Assembly: GCA_000002435.2 (NCBI GenBank)
Contig: CM018791.1
Strand: one strand, 5' to 3'
Origin: Giardia intestinalis
Taxonomy: Eukaryota
Length of the DNA: 64,000 bases
This document shows positions 19,040-29,300 of the stretch, in pieces. Within the stretch, counting starts at the first letter, position 1. Every line of letters starts with the position of its first letter. The notes below the pieces were generated by a model. The model was not told the origin of the DNA and ran no database searches. It was given only the letters and a program-made list of their open reading frames with translations. Made by a program: the position numbers and the translations under genes.

Positions 19040-21361
19040 CTAATCTATGCGACGACCTCGACTCTTCTCGGCAAGCACGCTGTGGTAGATGCTCTTCTTT
19101 TCCTGGAGCTGCTCAAGAGTCGCCTTGAGTATTCTATTTTCGCTTCTGACTTTCTTATACCCTTCCATTATGGAGCGCCGTGCCTCTACACCAAACTGGT
19201 CACGCATTATTAGAGAGTTTTCGAGCTGAAACCGAGCTAGGAAATCTAGGATCTCGTCCAAGGGATAATCGTTGGCATAGAACTGCCGCAAACTAGCTAA
19301 AAGCTGATACAATGCCTGGAGTTTTTTCTCGTCTGATAGGGGCTCGTCTCGGCCTATGGCTTTTCTCAACAAAGCCTTACAATCGTTGGCAAAGTGCTCC
19401 AGTTTCGTCCGGCTCCGTAACACTTTCGGATGGAAGATGTATCGTAGCAGTGTGATGGCTGTGATGTCTATATTTATGTCGTCCTCCATAAAACGTTCGA
19501 GAGAAAGCGGGTAATCTGACGCAAGAACATGGAGGCTTCCGTTTTCTGACTTCAGTGGGGCTGCTTCAGACTCGCGCTTCAGAGGGAAATGGCTACTAGC
19601 AGAAGGATCGATACCGGAAACAGCAGATGTTCCGACTCCCAGCGATGCTGATGCAACCTCTGCAAGAGTGCGCTCAGACTGCTTAACCAATTCTGTCGTT
19701 GTGTAGATTATTGTGTTCGAATCTAACGTAGCAGAATCTATTTTACAACCGCAATCATAGCAGACAGGTTTTCCCGAGTAAAAGAGCTGAAGCTGGCCAG
19801 ACATCTCGCGGAGCCGCTTGTTTTGCTCTGCTGTAAGTAGCTGAAACTTGACTAGTGTATTTGCAAGGTTGTTCGTGTCCATCATAAGACTAACAAGGCG
19901 TTCCTTATACATCTCCGTCTCCTCGCTCCGTGCGCTTAACTCCTGCTTTGAGTCTCCAAGCATACGTTGCAGGCTACTGACAGACATCTGCATGCGCTTG
20001 TTCTCCGCCGCCAACTCCTCGTTACAGTTACGGACAACAGCGCACGAACAGGACCTTTGAACTTCTATGAGTTGGTCTCTGGCCAATGAGAGCTGGGTGG
20101 TCAGATCGTTGATGGTTTGCTGGCTCTCTTCTAAAAGGGCTCGTTGAACTTCTATCTCCTGTTTCAAAGACCCTTGTTTAGAGGTGACTTCCTTGAGGTT
20201 CCTTTCTGTGTCTGCAAGCTTTTGTTTATAGTAACCTAATTGACTTTCCAGACTGTGAATCATCGCGATATTTCCAGACTGGTCAGCTATCGCAGAGGAA
20301 TGGACAGTACTCGTGGTTTGACTGGACACAAAAGAATGCACGGCATCGCCTAAAATCTGAAGCTTAGCAGCTAAGTTATTTAGATTGAGCGGATCCGTAC
20401 GAATATCGTGGTCGATCTGGGTAAGTTGAGCAGGAAATGGCGAGCCTGTTGGGCAGGGCACCAAATCAGCCAGTCTACGTGCTGCCAGTGAAAGCGTGTC
20501 TGCACCTTCAGAGAATAGTCGCACTCGCTCACTAAGGGTCTTCAGCGTAGCGGAATACAAGCCAATGTCCGCTTCAAGCCCTCGTAGCTGCTTTTCCTTC
20601 AATCTCACAATTGCAACGGCAGTATCCTCATTTGTCTGCTGGTCCTTGAGAGCGTAGGGGCATATCTGTAAATGACTTTCCATATCAGAAAGCAGACCCT
20701 TGTAAATGCATCCTTCGGAGAGGAACGCGCAGTTGAATGTAAATCTATTACGTAGCTTTTGATACATCTCATGCTGATAGTTTGCAAATGTAACTTCTGC
20801 CGCGCAGAGGGAACACGTAGTAATGTAACGAGGTTCAGAGCGAGAAAGAGGACCCACAGAACAAGTTGTGCCCCGCTCCAAGCAGTTCCTGCATATGGTA
20901 TGGCCACATGGGTGCAAAACAACAGGCAAGAGCATCAGCTTCTCGCAAGCTGGGCATAGATAGTCCTCAAAGGAAGAAAGCTCTAATTGCCTCGAATCAT
21001 CGTCTATGTCTGTGACTCCCGCGTAGTTATCACAGAAGATGGTGAACTCACGAATGGTATTCCCGCTGGTATAGAGCTTTGCAGGTGGAAGAAGCTCAGT
21101 TAGCGGGGTGCTCCTTGTCAACACACCTTCCAAGACCCGGTAGAGGTGGACCTTGAAACGTATGTCTGTGTCTAATTGGGCCAGCGGTTGATTGTAGAGG
21201 GCTTCGTCGATTTGCTTGCACACATCTCCAAAGATGAGCTCAAGGACCCCAAGGGGGACTTGAAAAAGAGAACTGTAGTGTAGCAGAATGCTCTGTATTG
21301 AAGAAAGCGGAGAAACTGCGCCCGCAGGCGGGAGGGACGGCCTGTCGGCGCAAAGGGCCAT
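19040..21361 (-). CDS. RING/zinc-finger plus long coiled-coil protein (possible E3-ligase-like or TRAF-like architecture)
   Basis: The ORF-track start at 21412 is a TTG. The first ATG at 21361 (MALCADRPS...) has a classic AT-rich initiator (AAACATTTTAAAATTATGGCC). The Cys/His cluster reads CPACEKLMLLPVVLHPCGHTICRNCL...CSLCAAEV. The C-terminal half is heptad-rich. Confidence 0.6.
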   Translation of the reverse strand: MALCADRPSLPPAGAVSPLSSIQSILLHYSSLFQVPLGVLELIFGDVCKQIDEALYNQPLAQLDTDIRFKVHLYRVLEGVLTRSTPLTELLPPAKLYTSGNTIREFTIFCDNYAGVTDIDDDSRQLELSSFEDYLCPACEKLMLLPVVLHPCGHTICRNCLERGTTCSVGPLSRSEPRYITTCSLCAAEVTFANYQHEMYQKLRNRFTFNCAFLSEGCIYKGLLSDMESHLQICPYALKDQQTNEDTAVAIVRLKEKQLRGLEADIGLYSATLKTLSERVRLFSEGADTLSLAARRLADLVPCPTGSPFPAQLTQIDHDIRTDPLNLNNLAAKLQILGDAVHSFVSSQTTSTVHSSAIADQSGNIAMIHSLESQLGYYKQKLADTERNLKEVTSKQGSLKQEIEVQRALLEESQQTINDLTTQLSLARDQLIEVQRSCSCAVVRNCNEELAAENKRMQMSVSSLQRMLGDSKQELSARSEETEMYKERLVSLMMDTNNLANTLVKFQLLTAEQNKRLREMSGQLQLFYSGKPVCYDCGCKIDSATLDSNTIIYTTTELVKQSERTLAEVASASLGVGTSAVSGIDPSASSHFPLKRESEAAPLKSENGSLHVLASDYPLSLERFMEDDINIDITAITLLRYIFHPKVLRSRTKLEHFANDCKALLRKAIGRDEPLSDEKKLQALYQLLASLRQFYANDYPLDEILDFLARFQLENSLIMRDQFGVEARRSIMEGYKKVRSENRILKATLEQLQEKKSIYHSVLAEKSRGRRID

Positions 21362-21386
21362 AATTTTAAAATGTTTATTGTGACAG

Positions 21387-21971
21387 CTAGGCCATGGACG
21401 ATATACTTGCAATGGACGAGAACGACGACGCCTCTATAACTGGCCCCAGAAACTCATAGAGCGACTTTATTGGTTCTGCGACAGACTTCTTCATCACGCG
21501 ATCTTTCAGCCATTGAGTTCTCCTGGCCGCTGCGGCTCCAAGCTTTTTCTGCAGATGCTCTCCTTGCTCCCTTCGAGATACCTTTTCCTGCACGGCTCGA
21601 AATATCAACTTGTCACGCATGTGCGCATAGTACCTGCTAATGTTGTTCTTCTTGTAGGCAAGCCTTGTATTGCGGATCAGAAGGGCATTCAGCTGACGAA
21701 GGGCAATCTCCTGGGCTAATTTGTGGCGCTGCTGGTGATCGGCAAGGACGGCGGCCGCTCGCTTGACGGTGACTCCGCACGACTCCAACTGCGCTCTAAT
21801 AGCCTTCGCAGTAGTAGCTGCCTTGGCCCTGCCATCAGCAGCACTGAGTTTCTGGGCCAGTTGCTCGTGGGTTAGGGTAACAGGTGCCATTACCAAACGA
21901 GCATAGAGGTTTTCCCTCAAGGGCAGACCGGGCCTGGTGCCTGTCTCTATCTCAAATGCTACTGCGCTCAT
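21387..21971 (-). CDS. hypothetical basic protein (about 194 aa)
   Basis: Two in-frame ATGs. The second, at 21971, has the A-rich context GGGAAAATAAAATGAGC. This gene lies in tandem about 25 bp upstream of the RING gene start and is divergent from the gene at 22039. Confidence 0.45.
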   Translation of the reverse strand: MSAVAFEIETGTRPGLPLRENLYARLVMAPVTLTHEQLAQKLSAADGRAKAATTAKAIRAQLESCGVTVKRAAAVLADHQQRHKLAQEIALRQLNALLIRNTRLAYKKNNISRYYAHMRDKLIFRAVQEKVSRREQGEHLQKKLGAAAARRTQWLKDRVMKKSVAEPIKSLYEFLGPVIEASSFSSIASISSMA

Positions 21972-22038
21972 TTTATTTTCCCTTCCTCGCATGCCTCTGC
22001 GTCTACTATGGGTGCGACCCTAATAAAAAACTCCCTCC

Positions 22039-22467
22039 ATGGATGCTAACGCCCACCCGGCTCTTCTGAAGAGGCAGCAAGTAAACGAGAATATCCTGCA
22101 GATGATGCAGGAGTTAACTGAGGCGCTTCTTCAGCAGAGGAATAGCTTTCTGCGGGAGCGGGAGGGGCTTGAGAACCGGATAGTGGCCCTGGAAACGGAA
22201 AACGAGGTGCTGAGGAAGAGCGTAGACACTCACCTTGTTGTCATAGATGATCTGAAGTTCGAGATAGAAACTCTTCGTGCCAAGCCGGTAGTAGCTCCAA
22301 CCCCGCCTACAAGGACTCCGCAGCGACCGCCCCTTCCACCCACAGATACTACTGCCCTTGCGAAGCAAGCAGTGGACGGCCTCAATGCCATGGAGTCGTC
22401 TCTGACGGCGGACCCGGAACTCGCCGCCCTGATCAAGGCCTACCGGTCCCGGAATAATATACAATGA
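22039..22467 (+). CDS. small coiled-coil protein with a Pro-rich tail
   Basis: ATG in AT-rich context (TAATAAAAAACTCCCTCCATGG). Heptad region LENRIVALETENEVLRK. Its stop lies 9 bp from the stop of the convergent Hop gene. Confidence 0.45.
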   Translation: MDANAHPALLKRQQVNENILQMMQELTEALLQQRNSFLREREGLENRIVALETENEVLRKSVDTHLVVIDDLKFEIETLRAKPVVAPTPPTRTPQRPPLPPTDTTALAKQAVDGLNAMESSLTADPELAALIKAYRSRNNIQ

Positions 22468-22476
22468 AGTGCACAT

Positions 22477-24240
22477 TCACTGACCGGTGCGTATGATCCC
22501 TGCGTTGATAAGCTTCTCTATACGAGAAGAGATGTTGGGATCGCTGAGATACTGCTGCGCCGCCTGAGGATTTGTTGAAATCTGCTTGATGACTTCGGCG
22601 AGGCCTGGATCTGATGCAATCTTCTGTATTTCCTCGTCGGCCATTGCAATCTCGGTCACCTCCTTGGCCTCCTTGCTGTCTGGGTTGCGCTGGAGCTCCT
22701 GGATCTTCTCGGTCGTCTTGCGATATCCCTCTAGGGCTTCCTGATTGTTGTACTTTTCATGCTCAAGCACCTTCTTGTATGTCTCCACTGCCTTGTAGTA
22801 CTGGCGACGGAGCCTCTCGATTTGGCCCTTGCGCAAAAGAGCCTTTGTGTTGGTCGTATCTTTGATGAGCGAAACAATGTGATCGGCGTCATCATATGAA
22901 AGGTTCATTTGGCCCAATTTGAAGTATGCGTTAGCTCTGTTATTGAGAAGGGAGGTCAAGAGTGTTTTGTTGGCTGTAAACTTCTCATTGTCGTCTCTGT
23001 ACTCGCGCTCTGGATCCAGCGGAAGAGCTTTGAGTCCCTCGGTGTACTTGTCCACGGCCTCCTGGTACTTTCCGGCCTTGAAAAGCTCGTTACCCTCGTT
23101 CTTAGCTCTCTCTGCCTTTTCAGGACTATACGCGTTCTGCTTCTTGATGAGCTCCCACTCGTCCTCAACCTTCGTCAGCAAGGCCAGCGTCTGCTTCGAC
23201 CTGTGTTCAAGCATAGCAGACTTCAGCGTCTTTATTGCCTTCTCGTAGTCCTTGCGGGCGTACTGCGCCGAGGCCGCCTTCGTAAGGGCTTTTCCAAGCT
23301 CTTCAAACGTCGCTGTCCCAGGGTTGTCGCGTCCATAATTGTACGCCTCCATTGCCTTCTCCTCCGCCTCAGTTATCTTCTCCATCTTCAGTAGGGCCGT
23401 GCTGATGTTATTTAGGAAGAGTATGCTCTTGTGCTTAGCAAAGGCAGCCTCATACTTCTCGATGGCCTCAGCATACTTCTTTTCTTTAAATAGATCGTTC
23501 CCCTCGTCTTTCAATTTATTGGCCTCTATTTCCTCAGGGGTGAGAACCTTCTCTGGCTCCTTTGGCGCAGGTGGTTCAGGGTTAGCGGGTTTGGCATCAA
23601 AGGAAGGCGCGCCCGGAGCCTGGGGCATGTCCTTCATCATGTCTGGGTCGATTCCCATGGCCACAAGCATGCACTCCATGAGGCGCGGGTCGGCTCCGGC
23701 GACTTGCATCATCATCTGGGGGTTTGACGCTACAAGAGTGAGCTTCTGCTCCAGAGAGGGGTCATCGGCAAGGTACTTCGCCGTCTTCGGGTTTGCCCTT
23801 ATCTTGGCCATCCCCTCTGCATTGAACATGTTACGCATAAACGCTCCTGGATCTCCAGCGCCCGGGGCCCCGCCAAATCCACCAGCACTGGCCTCCAAGG
23901 AGGAAAGGCGCTGGCTAAGCAAAGGCTCTGTATTGCCACAACTTTCAATTCCATCGCGCAGTACCTCTACGGCTTCCTCGCGCTTTCCCATGGCGGCAAG
24001 GGCGTCCGCTTTGCGCAGAAAGCCCTTTCCAAAGCTTGGCTTTAACTCGATACACTTCTCTGCATCCGCGACAGCAGCGTCGTAGTCCTCCAGCTGGTGG
24101 TAGATGTTCGCACGGTTACTGTAGTAGACGTGGTTAGACCCGTCGATATTGATGGCCTTGGTGTAGCAGTCGATGGCGTCTGCCAGCCTCCCCTCTTTGG
24201 CCGCTTGGTTTCCCTGGGCCTTGAACTCCTCTGCAGACAT
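22477..24240 (-). CDS. Hsp70/Hsp90-organizing protein (Hop/STI1), TPR co-chaperone
   Basis: The ORF-track start is a TTG. The first ATG is at 24240 (MSAEEFKAQGN...), after an A9 run. There are three TPR clusters: YYSNRANIYHQLEDYDAAV, YARKDYEKAIK, YFKLGQ. A DP domain follows, with C-terminal DPGLAEVIKQI...NISSRIEKLINAGIIRTGQ. Confidence 0.85.
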   Translation of the reverse strand: MSAEEFKAQGNQAAKEGRLADAIDCYTKAINIDGSNHVYYSNRANIYHQLEDYDAAVADAEKCIELKPSFGKGFLRKADALAAMGKREEAVEVLRDGIESCGNTEPLLSQRLSSLEASAGGFGGAPGAGDPGAFMRNMFNAEGMAKIRANPKTAKYLADDPSLEQKLTLVASNPQMMMQVAGADPRLMECMLVAMGIDPDMMKDMPQAPGAPSFDAKPANPEPPAPKEPEKVLTPEEIEANKLKDEGNDLFKEKKYAEAIEKYEAAFAKHKSILFLNNISTALLKMEKITEAEEKAMEAYNYGRDNPGTATFEELGKALTKAASAQYARKDYEKAIKTLKSAMLEHRSKQTLALLTKVEDEWELIKKQNAYSPEKAERAKNEGNELFKAGKYQEAVDKYTEGLKALPLDPEREYRDDNEKFTANKTLLTSLLNNRANAYFKLGQMNLSYDDADHIVSLIKDTTNTKALLRKGQIERLRRQYYKAVETYKKVLEHEKYNNQEALEGYRKTTEKIQELQRNPDSKEAKEVTEIAMADEEIQKIASDPGLAEVIKQISTNPQAAQQYLSDPNISSRIEKLINAGIIRTGQ

Positions 24241-24262
24241 TTTTTTTTGGTGAATCAATTAA

Positions 24263-25921
24263 TCAAGTTTCGATGAAGATCTCGCTTGAAAGATCTATCT
24301 CTGTGAATTCGTAGAACGAGAGCAAGGAAGCATCGTACCCACTGAAGGCGAGCCAAACTAGTAGCGATTCAGCCCTAGTCGCCCCGGATACTTGAACCAG
24401 AAAGCTGGAGAAATGTCCCGACAGAGCGTCCTCAGATGCTGCACACACGCCACTATCATGTGTTCCGCTGCTAGTTGCTGAATCAGCCAACAGATAAACT
24501 TTACATGCAGTCATGCTTGGCCGGCACAGCCTGCAGAGCTTCTCCCTAGTTATCTTATGGACACAGATGTATCGAGTATCGCACAGATGGCCTGCATGCG
24601 GCAGATGCTTCGGAGAAAAGGACTTCGCAAGGCACATATATCTCTCTTTCAATGGAGGCAATAAAGCAGTCGCGAAGACTCCCTTTGTAGAAAGATGTGA
24701 TATACTTTTTTCAAGCTGCGGGGCGCCTCTACAAGGAACTACAACGCTGACCAAGTTGGGAGTAGCGCAAATAAAAATGCTTGGAAGATCCGTAACATAC
24801 GCAGTGTCTAACGCACAAACAAGGCACTCCAGTGCTAGAAGCGTCCGGGCTTGCACCTCTTCGATGCTTTCAAAGGTGTTGACTGTACTCTCCTTAGCAA
24901 AGAGATTAATAATCAATAGTGGAAATATTCCCTGTGCTGCTTGGGTACTCAATGAAGAGCCGTGGTAGAATTGGGTGGGCAGCACAACAAAAGAAGGAAC
25001 CATATAGGGTGTCTCCAATGCACTGAGCACCTGTGATGCCTGCAGCTGTGCATGAATGTATGTTTTCTTTGCAGATGATGTCTTATTTAATAGCGTTACA
25101 TCGTCGTCAACACCAGTGCACGCCACGAGGTCTAGATCAGGTTCTTTCAATGACTCTGACTGGACCGTACTGATGTCACAAGCAGTAGTCATTGTATCCT
25201 CTATTACTGCCATTTCTATGTGAACGTGCGGCGAAGGACGTGGTATAGACTTTGTTAATTGCTTAGTCACTGGGGTTGGCTGATGCAAGGACTGCTCAGT
25301 TGACGCTGTTTCGGACTCTATAGGCAATGAAGCACTCTTTTTGCTGATTGGATGGGACTGCTTTGACGGTGTTAGTGAGTTTAAGTGGCGGTTGAAGGAA
25401 TCTGTGATGTGTATGTTTGAGCCTCGCTGCTTGAAGATAGTGGATGACACAATCAGATCATCATCCTTTAGCCTGAGTAGATCAAAGCCCCCGAGATCCC
25501 GAAAAGAAGGGTGCAACGGGCGTGTCTCTGGAAGGGCCAGAGCTCCACTCTTGTCTGCGGTGTGTCGCAGATACGGCTCCAAGAGTTCAACGAACTTTAT
25601 GTGTCCCAATTGAGTTGCCAGGTGCAAAGCAGTGGTTCCATCCGGCTTGCTAATACAGTACTCGGCACTGACTAGAAGCCGCGCCGCCGCAATGTTATAA
25701 TAGCGCACGGCAATCATTAGCGCTGTTTCATTCTGGGCATTTATCAGGGTGCTTTCAAATGGCTCCAAAATCTTAACAGCATGATCGTCTCCAAGACGGA
25801 CCGCTATCATCAAGGCTGTTTCTCCGAGATGGTTCCGTGTTCCGGCCATGTGCGGAGTTAACTGCTCTATTTCCCCATAGCTTCCATTGGCTATGGCGCC
25901 AAACCACTCCCGATTCCCCAT
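24263..25921 (-). CDS. ankyrin-repeat protein (resembling the Giardia Protein 21.1 family) with a long non-repeat C-terminal region
   Basis: Ankyrin units: GETALMIAVRLGDDHAVKILEP, NETALMIAVRYYNIAAARLL, GTTALHLATQLGHIKFVELLEP. I chose M51 of the track ORF (MGNREWF...) because it has the context TTTTAAAATGGGG and because a divergent gene starts 7 bp away. Confidence 0.6.
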   Translation of the reverse strand: MGNREWFGAIANGSYGEIEQLTPHMAGTRNHLGETALMIAVRLGDDHAVKILEPFESTLINAQNETALMIAVRYYNIAAARLLVSAEYCISKPDGTTALHLATQLGHIKFVELLEPYLRHTADKSGALALPETRPLHPSFRDLGGFDLLRLKDDDLIVSSTIFKQRGSNIHITDSFNRHLNSLTPSKQSHPISKKSASLPIESETASTEQSLHQPTPVTKQLTKSIPRPSPHVHIEMAVIEDTMTTACDISTVQSESLKEPDLDLVACTGVDDDVTLLNKTSSAKKTYIHAQLQASQVLSALETPYMVPSFVVLPTQFYHGSSLSTQAAQGIFPLLIINLFAKESTVNTFESIEEVQARTLLALECLVCALDTAYVTDLPSIFICATPNLVSVVVPCRGAPQLEKSISHLSTKGVFATALLPPLKERYMCLAKSFSPKHLPHAGHLCDTRYICVHKITREKLCRLCRPSMTACKVYLLADSATSSGTHDSGVCAASEDALSGHFSSFLVQVSGATRAESLLVWLAFSGYDASLLSFYEFTEIDLSSEIFIET

Positions 25922-25931
25922 TTTAAAAATG
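25919..25931. promoter_or_regulatory. shared bidirectional AT-rich initiator: CAT-TTTAAAA-ATG. The two start codons of divergent genes are 7 bp apart.
   Basis: The minus-strand ATG of the ankyrin gene and the plus-strand ATG of the tail-anchored protein gene flank a 7-nt TTTAAAA spacer. Giardia promoters are known to be short, AT-rich and close to the start codon. Confidence 0.5.
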
Positions 25932-26249
25932 TCGTCGAACAACGCACGCGCTGTTGCAGAGACCCTGGAGGCCAAGAAGAAAGAGGTTGTCGAAGACGGC
26001 CTCTCAGTCGCCAGGATACTCAAAAAGAACGTGATTGCGATTAACAAACACTTGCAGGAAGAGGATGCCATGGTTGTTGACGAAGTTCACTCAAAGACAA
26101 GAGAGAACCAAGCAAAACTAGAAGCAGAAGCCCTGGCCTTGAAAAAGTCGTTGGTACAGGTGGTGGCTGGAACGAAGCAACGAAGGCAAATGTTCGGCTT
26201 CATCTTGCTGACGATCATTGCTGTGGGGCTTCTTTGCCGCGTTACCTAA
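25929..26249 (+). CDS. small tail-anchored coiled-coil protein (about 106 aa), possibly a SNARE-like or translocon-accessory protein
   Basis: ATG inside TTTAAAAATG. Predicted helical/coiled region, then one C-terminal hydrophobic helix (MFGFILLTIIAVGLLCRVT) at the extreme C-terminus. Confidence 0.45.
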   Translation: MSSNNARAVAETLEAKKKEVVEDGLSVARILKKNVIAINKHLQEEDAMVVDEVHSKTRENQAKLEAEALALKKSLVQVVAGTKQRRQMFGFILLTIIAVGLLCRVT

Positions 26250-26309
26250 AACTCTCTAGGTTACAACGAAAATTCTAAACATTCTGTTCTCACATAATGT
26301 TGCACATGT

Positions 26310-29300
26310 TCAAGATTGCTCTGTCGGCTCGTGGCCACTATCTCTAAATGTAGCTGTAGGAGTGTAAAAAGTCCTTGACGGAGTGGCAGGATCCGTTGTA
26401 GGAGTTCTGTCTTGCGATGTTGCTAATAATCTTACCCTTTCAGACATCTCTGCATTGTTCTTAATGCGTTTGGTTATTCGAATAGCGATAACGACGATAA
26501 TAATGAGTGTGCCCACTATTGCAATGGCAGCAAACACGACTATGTAAATCCCTTTTGGGTTCTTGACACTTTGCCTTTCACACGCCCCGTCGACGCCAGT
26601 TTGCAAATATCCGTCCATGCACTGGAGGCATGTACTATATAACACACCCCCACAAAACTTGCAGTTAGATATGTTACAGTCCGACGAGTAAAGACAGGTG
26701 CCCTTTATCGGAAGAAGATCTGCCTCTATGCACATAGTGCATTCCAGCTCTGTGCACTGCTTGCACCCCGTCTCGCAGTACATACAGATTCCATAGATGG
26801 AGGAGACGTACGACCCCACCTCGCATACTGCACACCAGTACGGGTTGTTAGGGAGGCACATGGAGCACCGGGCAATGTAGCAGTAAAGGGTATCCGACGA
26901 TACGCAAATTCCATTAGTATTAGGTGTCATGCTGTTGTCGATGCAGACCAGACAATGTGTGGGATCATCGGTTTGACAGAACAGACATGTGCTAGTATCT
27001 GCGCAAGTAGACGAGTAATCACACGAGCCCGCAATGGGCTGTATCTCGGCAACTGAGCACTGGGTGCAAAAGGTATCTGTCGTGCACACATAACAATTGG
27101 GTGGGCAGGGCAGGCACTTGTTTGTTTCCTTGTTCAGCCAGTGCCCCCGCGTGCACCGCTCACACAGCATTCTATTGTCGACGTTGCAAAGAAGACAGTC
27201 TGGTTCCGCCAGGCATACATTGATGTTGACGCAATCTCCTCCTTGCGCCTCGTATCCAGGGTCAGCACACTTAGTGCAAATAGCAGGGGACTCCGGGCAT
27301 GCAATGCACCCCTCCTTGCACACTTGACACTGCCCCTGGTCTGTCAATCGTCCTCCGGAGCATATTATACAGATAAATTGAGAGGTCGGGTCACACACGG
27401 AACAAAGTTTGACAGAGCATTCTCGAGTAGTCCATATGAGCTCACCGTGGCCCGGAGAGTCTGTTGCATTCCACACATTTGTGTAATCCCAGCATAAATC
27501 ACGCAAGCATACGGGAAAATAAAAAGTATATCCTTCTGCCCCAACATCATCATCATCGTCGTCGTCATCATCATCGTCATCGTCATCACCAATATTATTG
27601 CCGCTAATACCTAAGGTCTGATTTGCAAGATCAAAGGAACGGCTAGAAGTGTACGTTATGCTCTTATCAAAACTGTTCAAAATATAGGGAAGCGCCGTGA
27701 GCACTGGCGGTGCATTTAGAGTTCTCGCGGTCCAAAGCTCCACGTTGCCAAATGCCCACCCCCTGTTCAGATAAAAGTTAAGAGTGCGCATATTTTCTGG
27801 ATCAAACAGATAGTTGTTATTTTGCTCTATGTACTTGTTATTCGCCACAATCAACTGATTGCAATTTATGCATTCTCCTCCTTCTCCAAACACGTAAATC
27901 GTGCCAGGTGTCGAGGCAGGATCTCCAGTGTATGTATAGCTAAGATTGAATATAATTCTATGGAAAAGTGAAGATGGAAGAGCAGGTACCTGCGAAATAA
28001 CACACATGCAGTTGGCTCTTTCGAAATTGATAATGTCTCCGTGAAGATGCACCCTCCCGTAGAAGTCACTAATCTCTATGCCCTGCCGAGCTAAGTCTAC
28101 AAGGCCCACAAGACAGGTCTTAGACCCAGATGGCCTTCGGGAGAAGTCCAGATGCAATGAGATATCCATCCAGCACTGCGTCACATAAAGTTGCCTATTA
28201 GTAGCTACACTAGAGGACGCCGTGGCCTCTGTGATGAAGCCTCCTAGATCCAGTGTATGCTCCGTCTCCATCTTGTAGTTGAACTTGCTTATTTTGAGAT
28301 ATGAACGCTCTATAGACGTTTTAGCATTCTTATATGAAAAAAGGCCAACAAAGAAGCCAAACTTTGTTCCCTGAGATGACGCTAAAACAAGGGTTGCGTT
28401 TTCGAACTGAAGGAAGGAGTTGGACACAATTGAGTTGGCTATTTCGCCTGCAAAACAGCCTTTCCTCACGCCAGAAGAGTCCAAAGTGAAGTTTTCAGCG
28501 AGTATATATGAATTATTAACCAACGAATTCTGATTGAGCACAGCAACAAATCCGCCAGTCCCAAGATTCGTCGCAGACGACGCTGTGTAGTTGGTGACGT
28601 GAACGGCACACTCAGAAATGCGAACATTTTCAGCAACTCCGATAAATCCACCAGAAGGACTGGACAGCCAGAGATGATTGTATGAGCACATGCACCGTGT
28701 AAAGTCACCATTTAGAGAATGGGCTGCAAAGCCTCCAGAAGCAGCTAGCTGGCCGCGAACTATAAAAGACTCATAGGTTGCCTTGGTGTTCTCAATGCTG
28801 GTACAGCCAGCACAGGATGGCAGCAAATCTCCTATTACTCCGCCAATATAAGAAGTAGCACTACAATCGTTGACGAACACGTACATTCCCGCAACACTGG
28901 ACGACATTATAGACCTAGATTGAATAGCAGCAATGCCGCCATAAAAGACCTGGAGCGATGCTGCCCAGATTGTCACATTAATATTGGTGGCACTGAAGTC
29001 TAATAGAGGTCGCTCGGATTTGGCCACCATTCCCCCTACATGAATGGGCGTGGCAGCAGGGTCAGTAGGGCGTGGCATATTCAACGTTCCTATAGATATC
29101 TCTCCATTATACGTGAACCCTTTTGCTACAAGGCCAGTTTGCCCAGTCTCTACAACAGAGTCTAAGCTGCCAAGAACGCCGCCCACGAAAAGGTTCCCAA
29201 CGGTGATTTTGATGGATAAGTTAACCACAGACTCTATATTGCCGCCTATATTTTGGGCGCGACCTGCAAAGCCGCCTATGTAATGCGCAATAGTGGGATC

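Noticed and set aside
24263-26071. Longer 602-aa version of the ankyrin gene starting at the track M1 (MASSSCKCLL...), which looks like a signal peptide
   Set aside because: The upstream 50 codons overlap the divergent gene's 5' end. M51 has a textbook TTTTAAAATGG initiator. Known proteins of the Giardia Protein 21.1 family are cytosolic.
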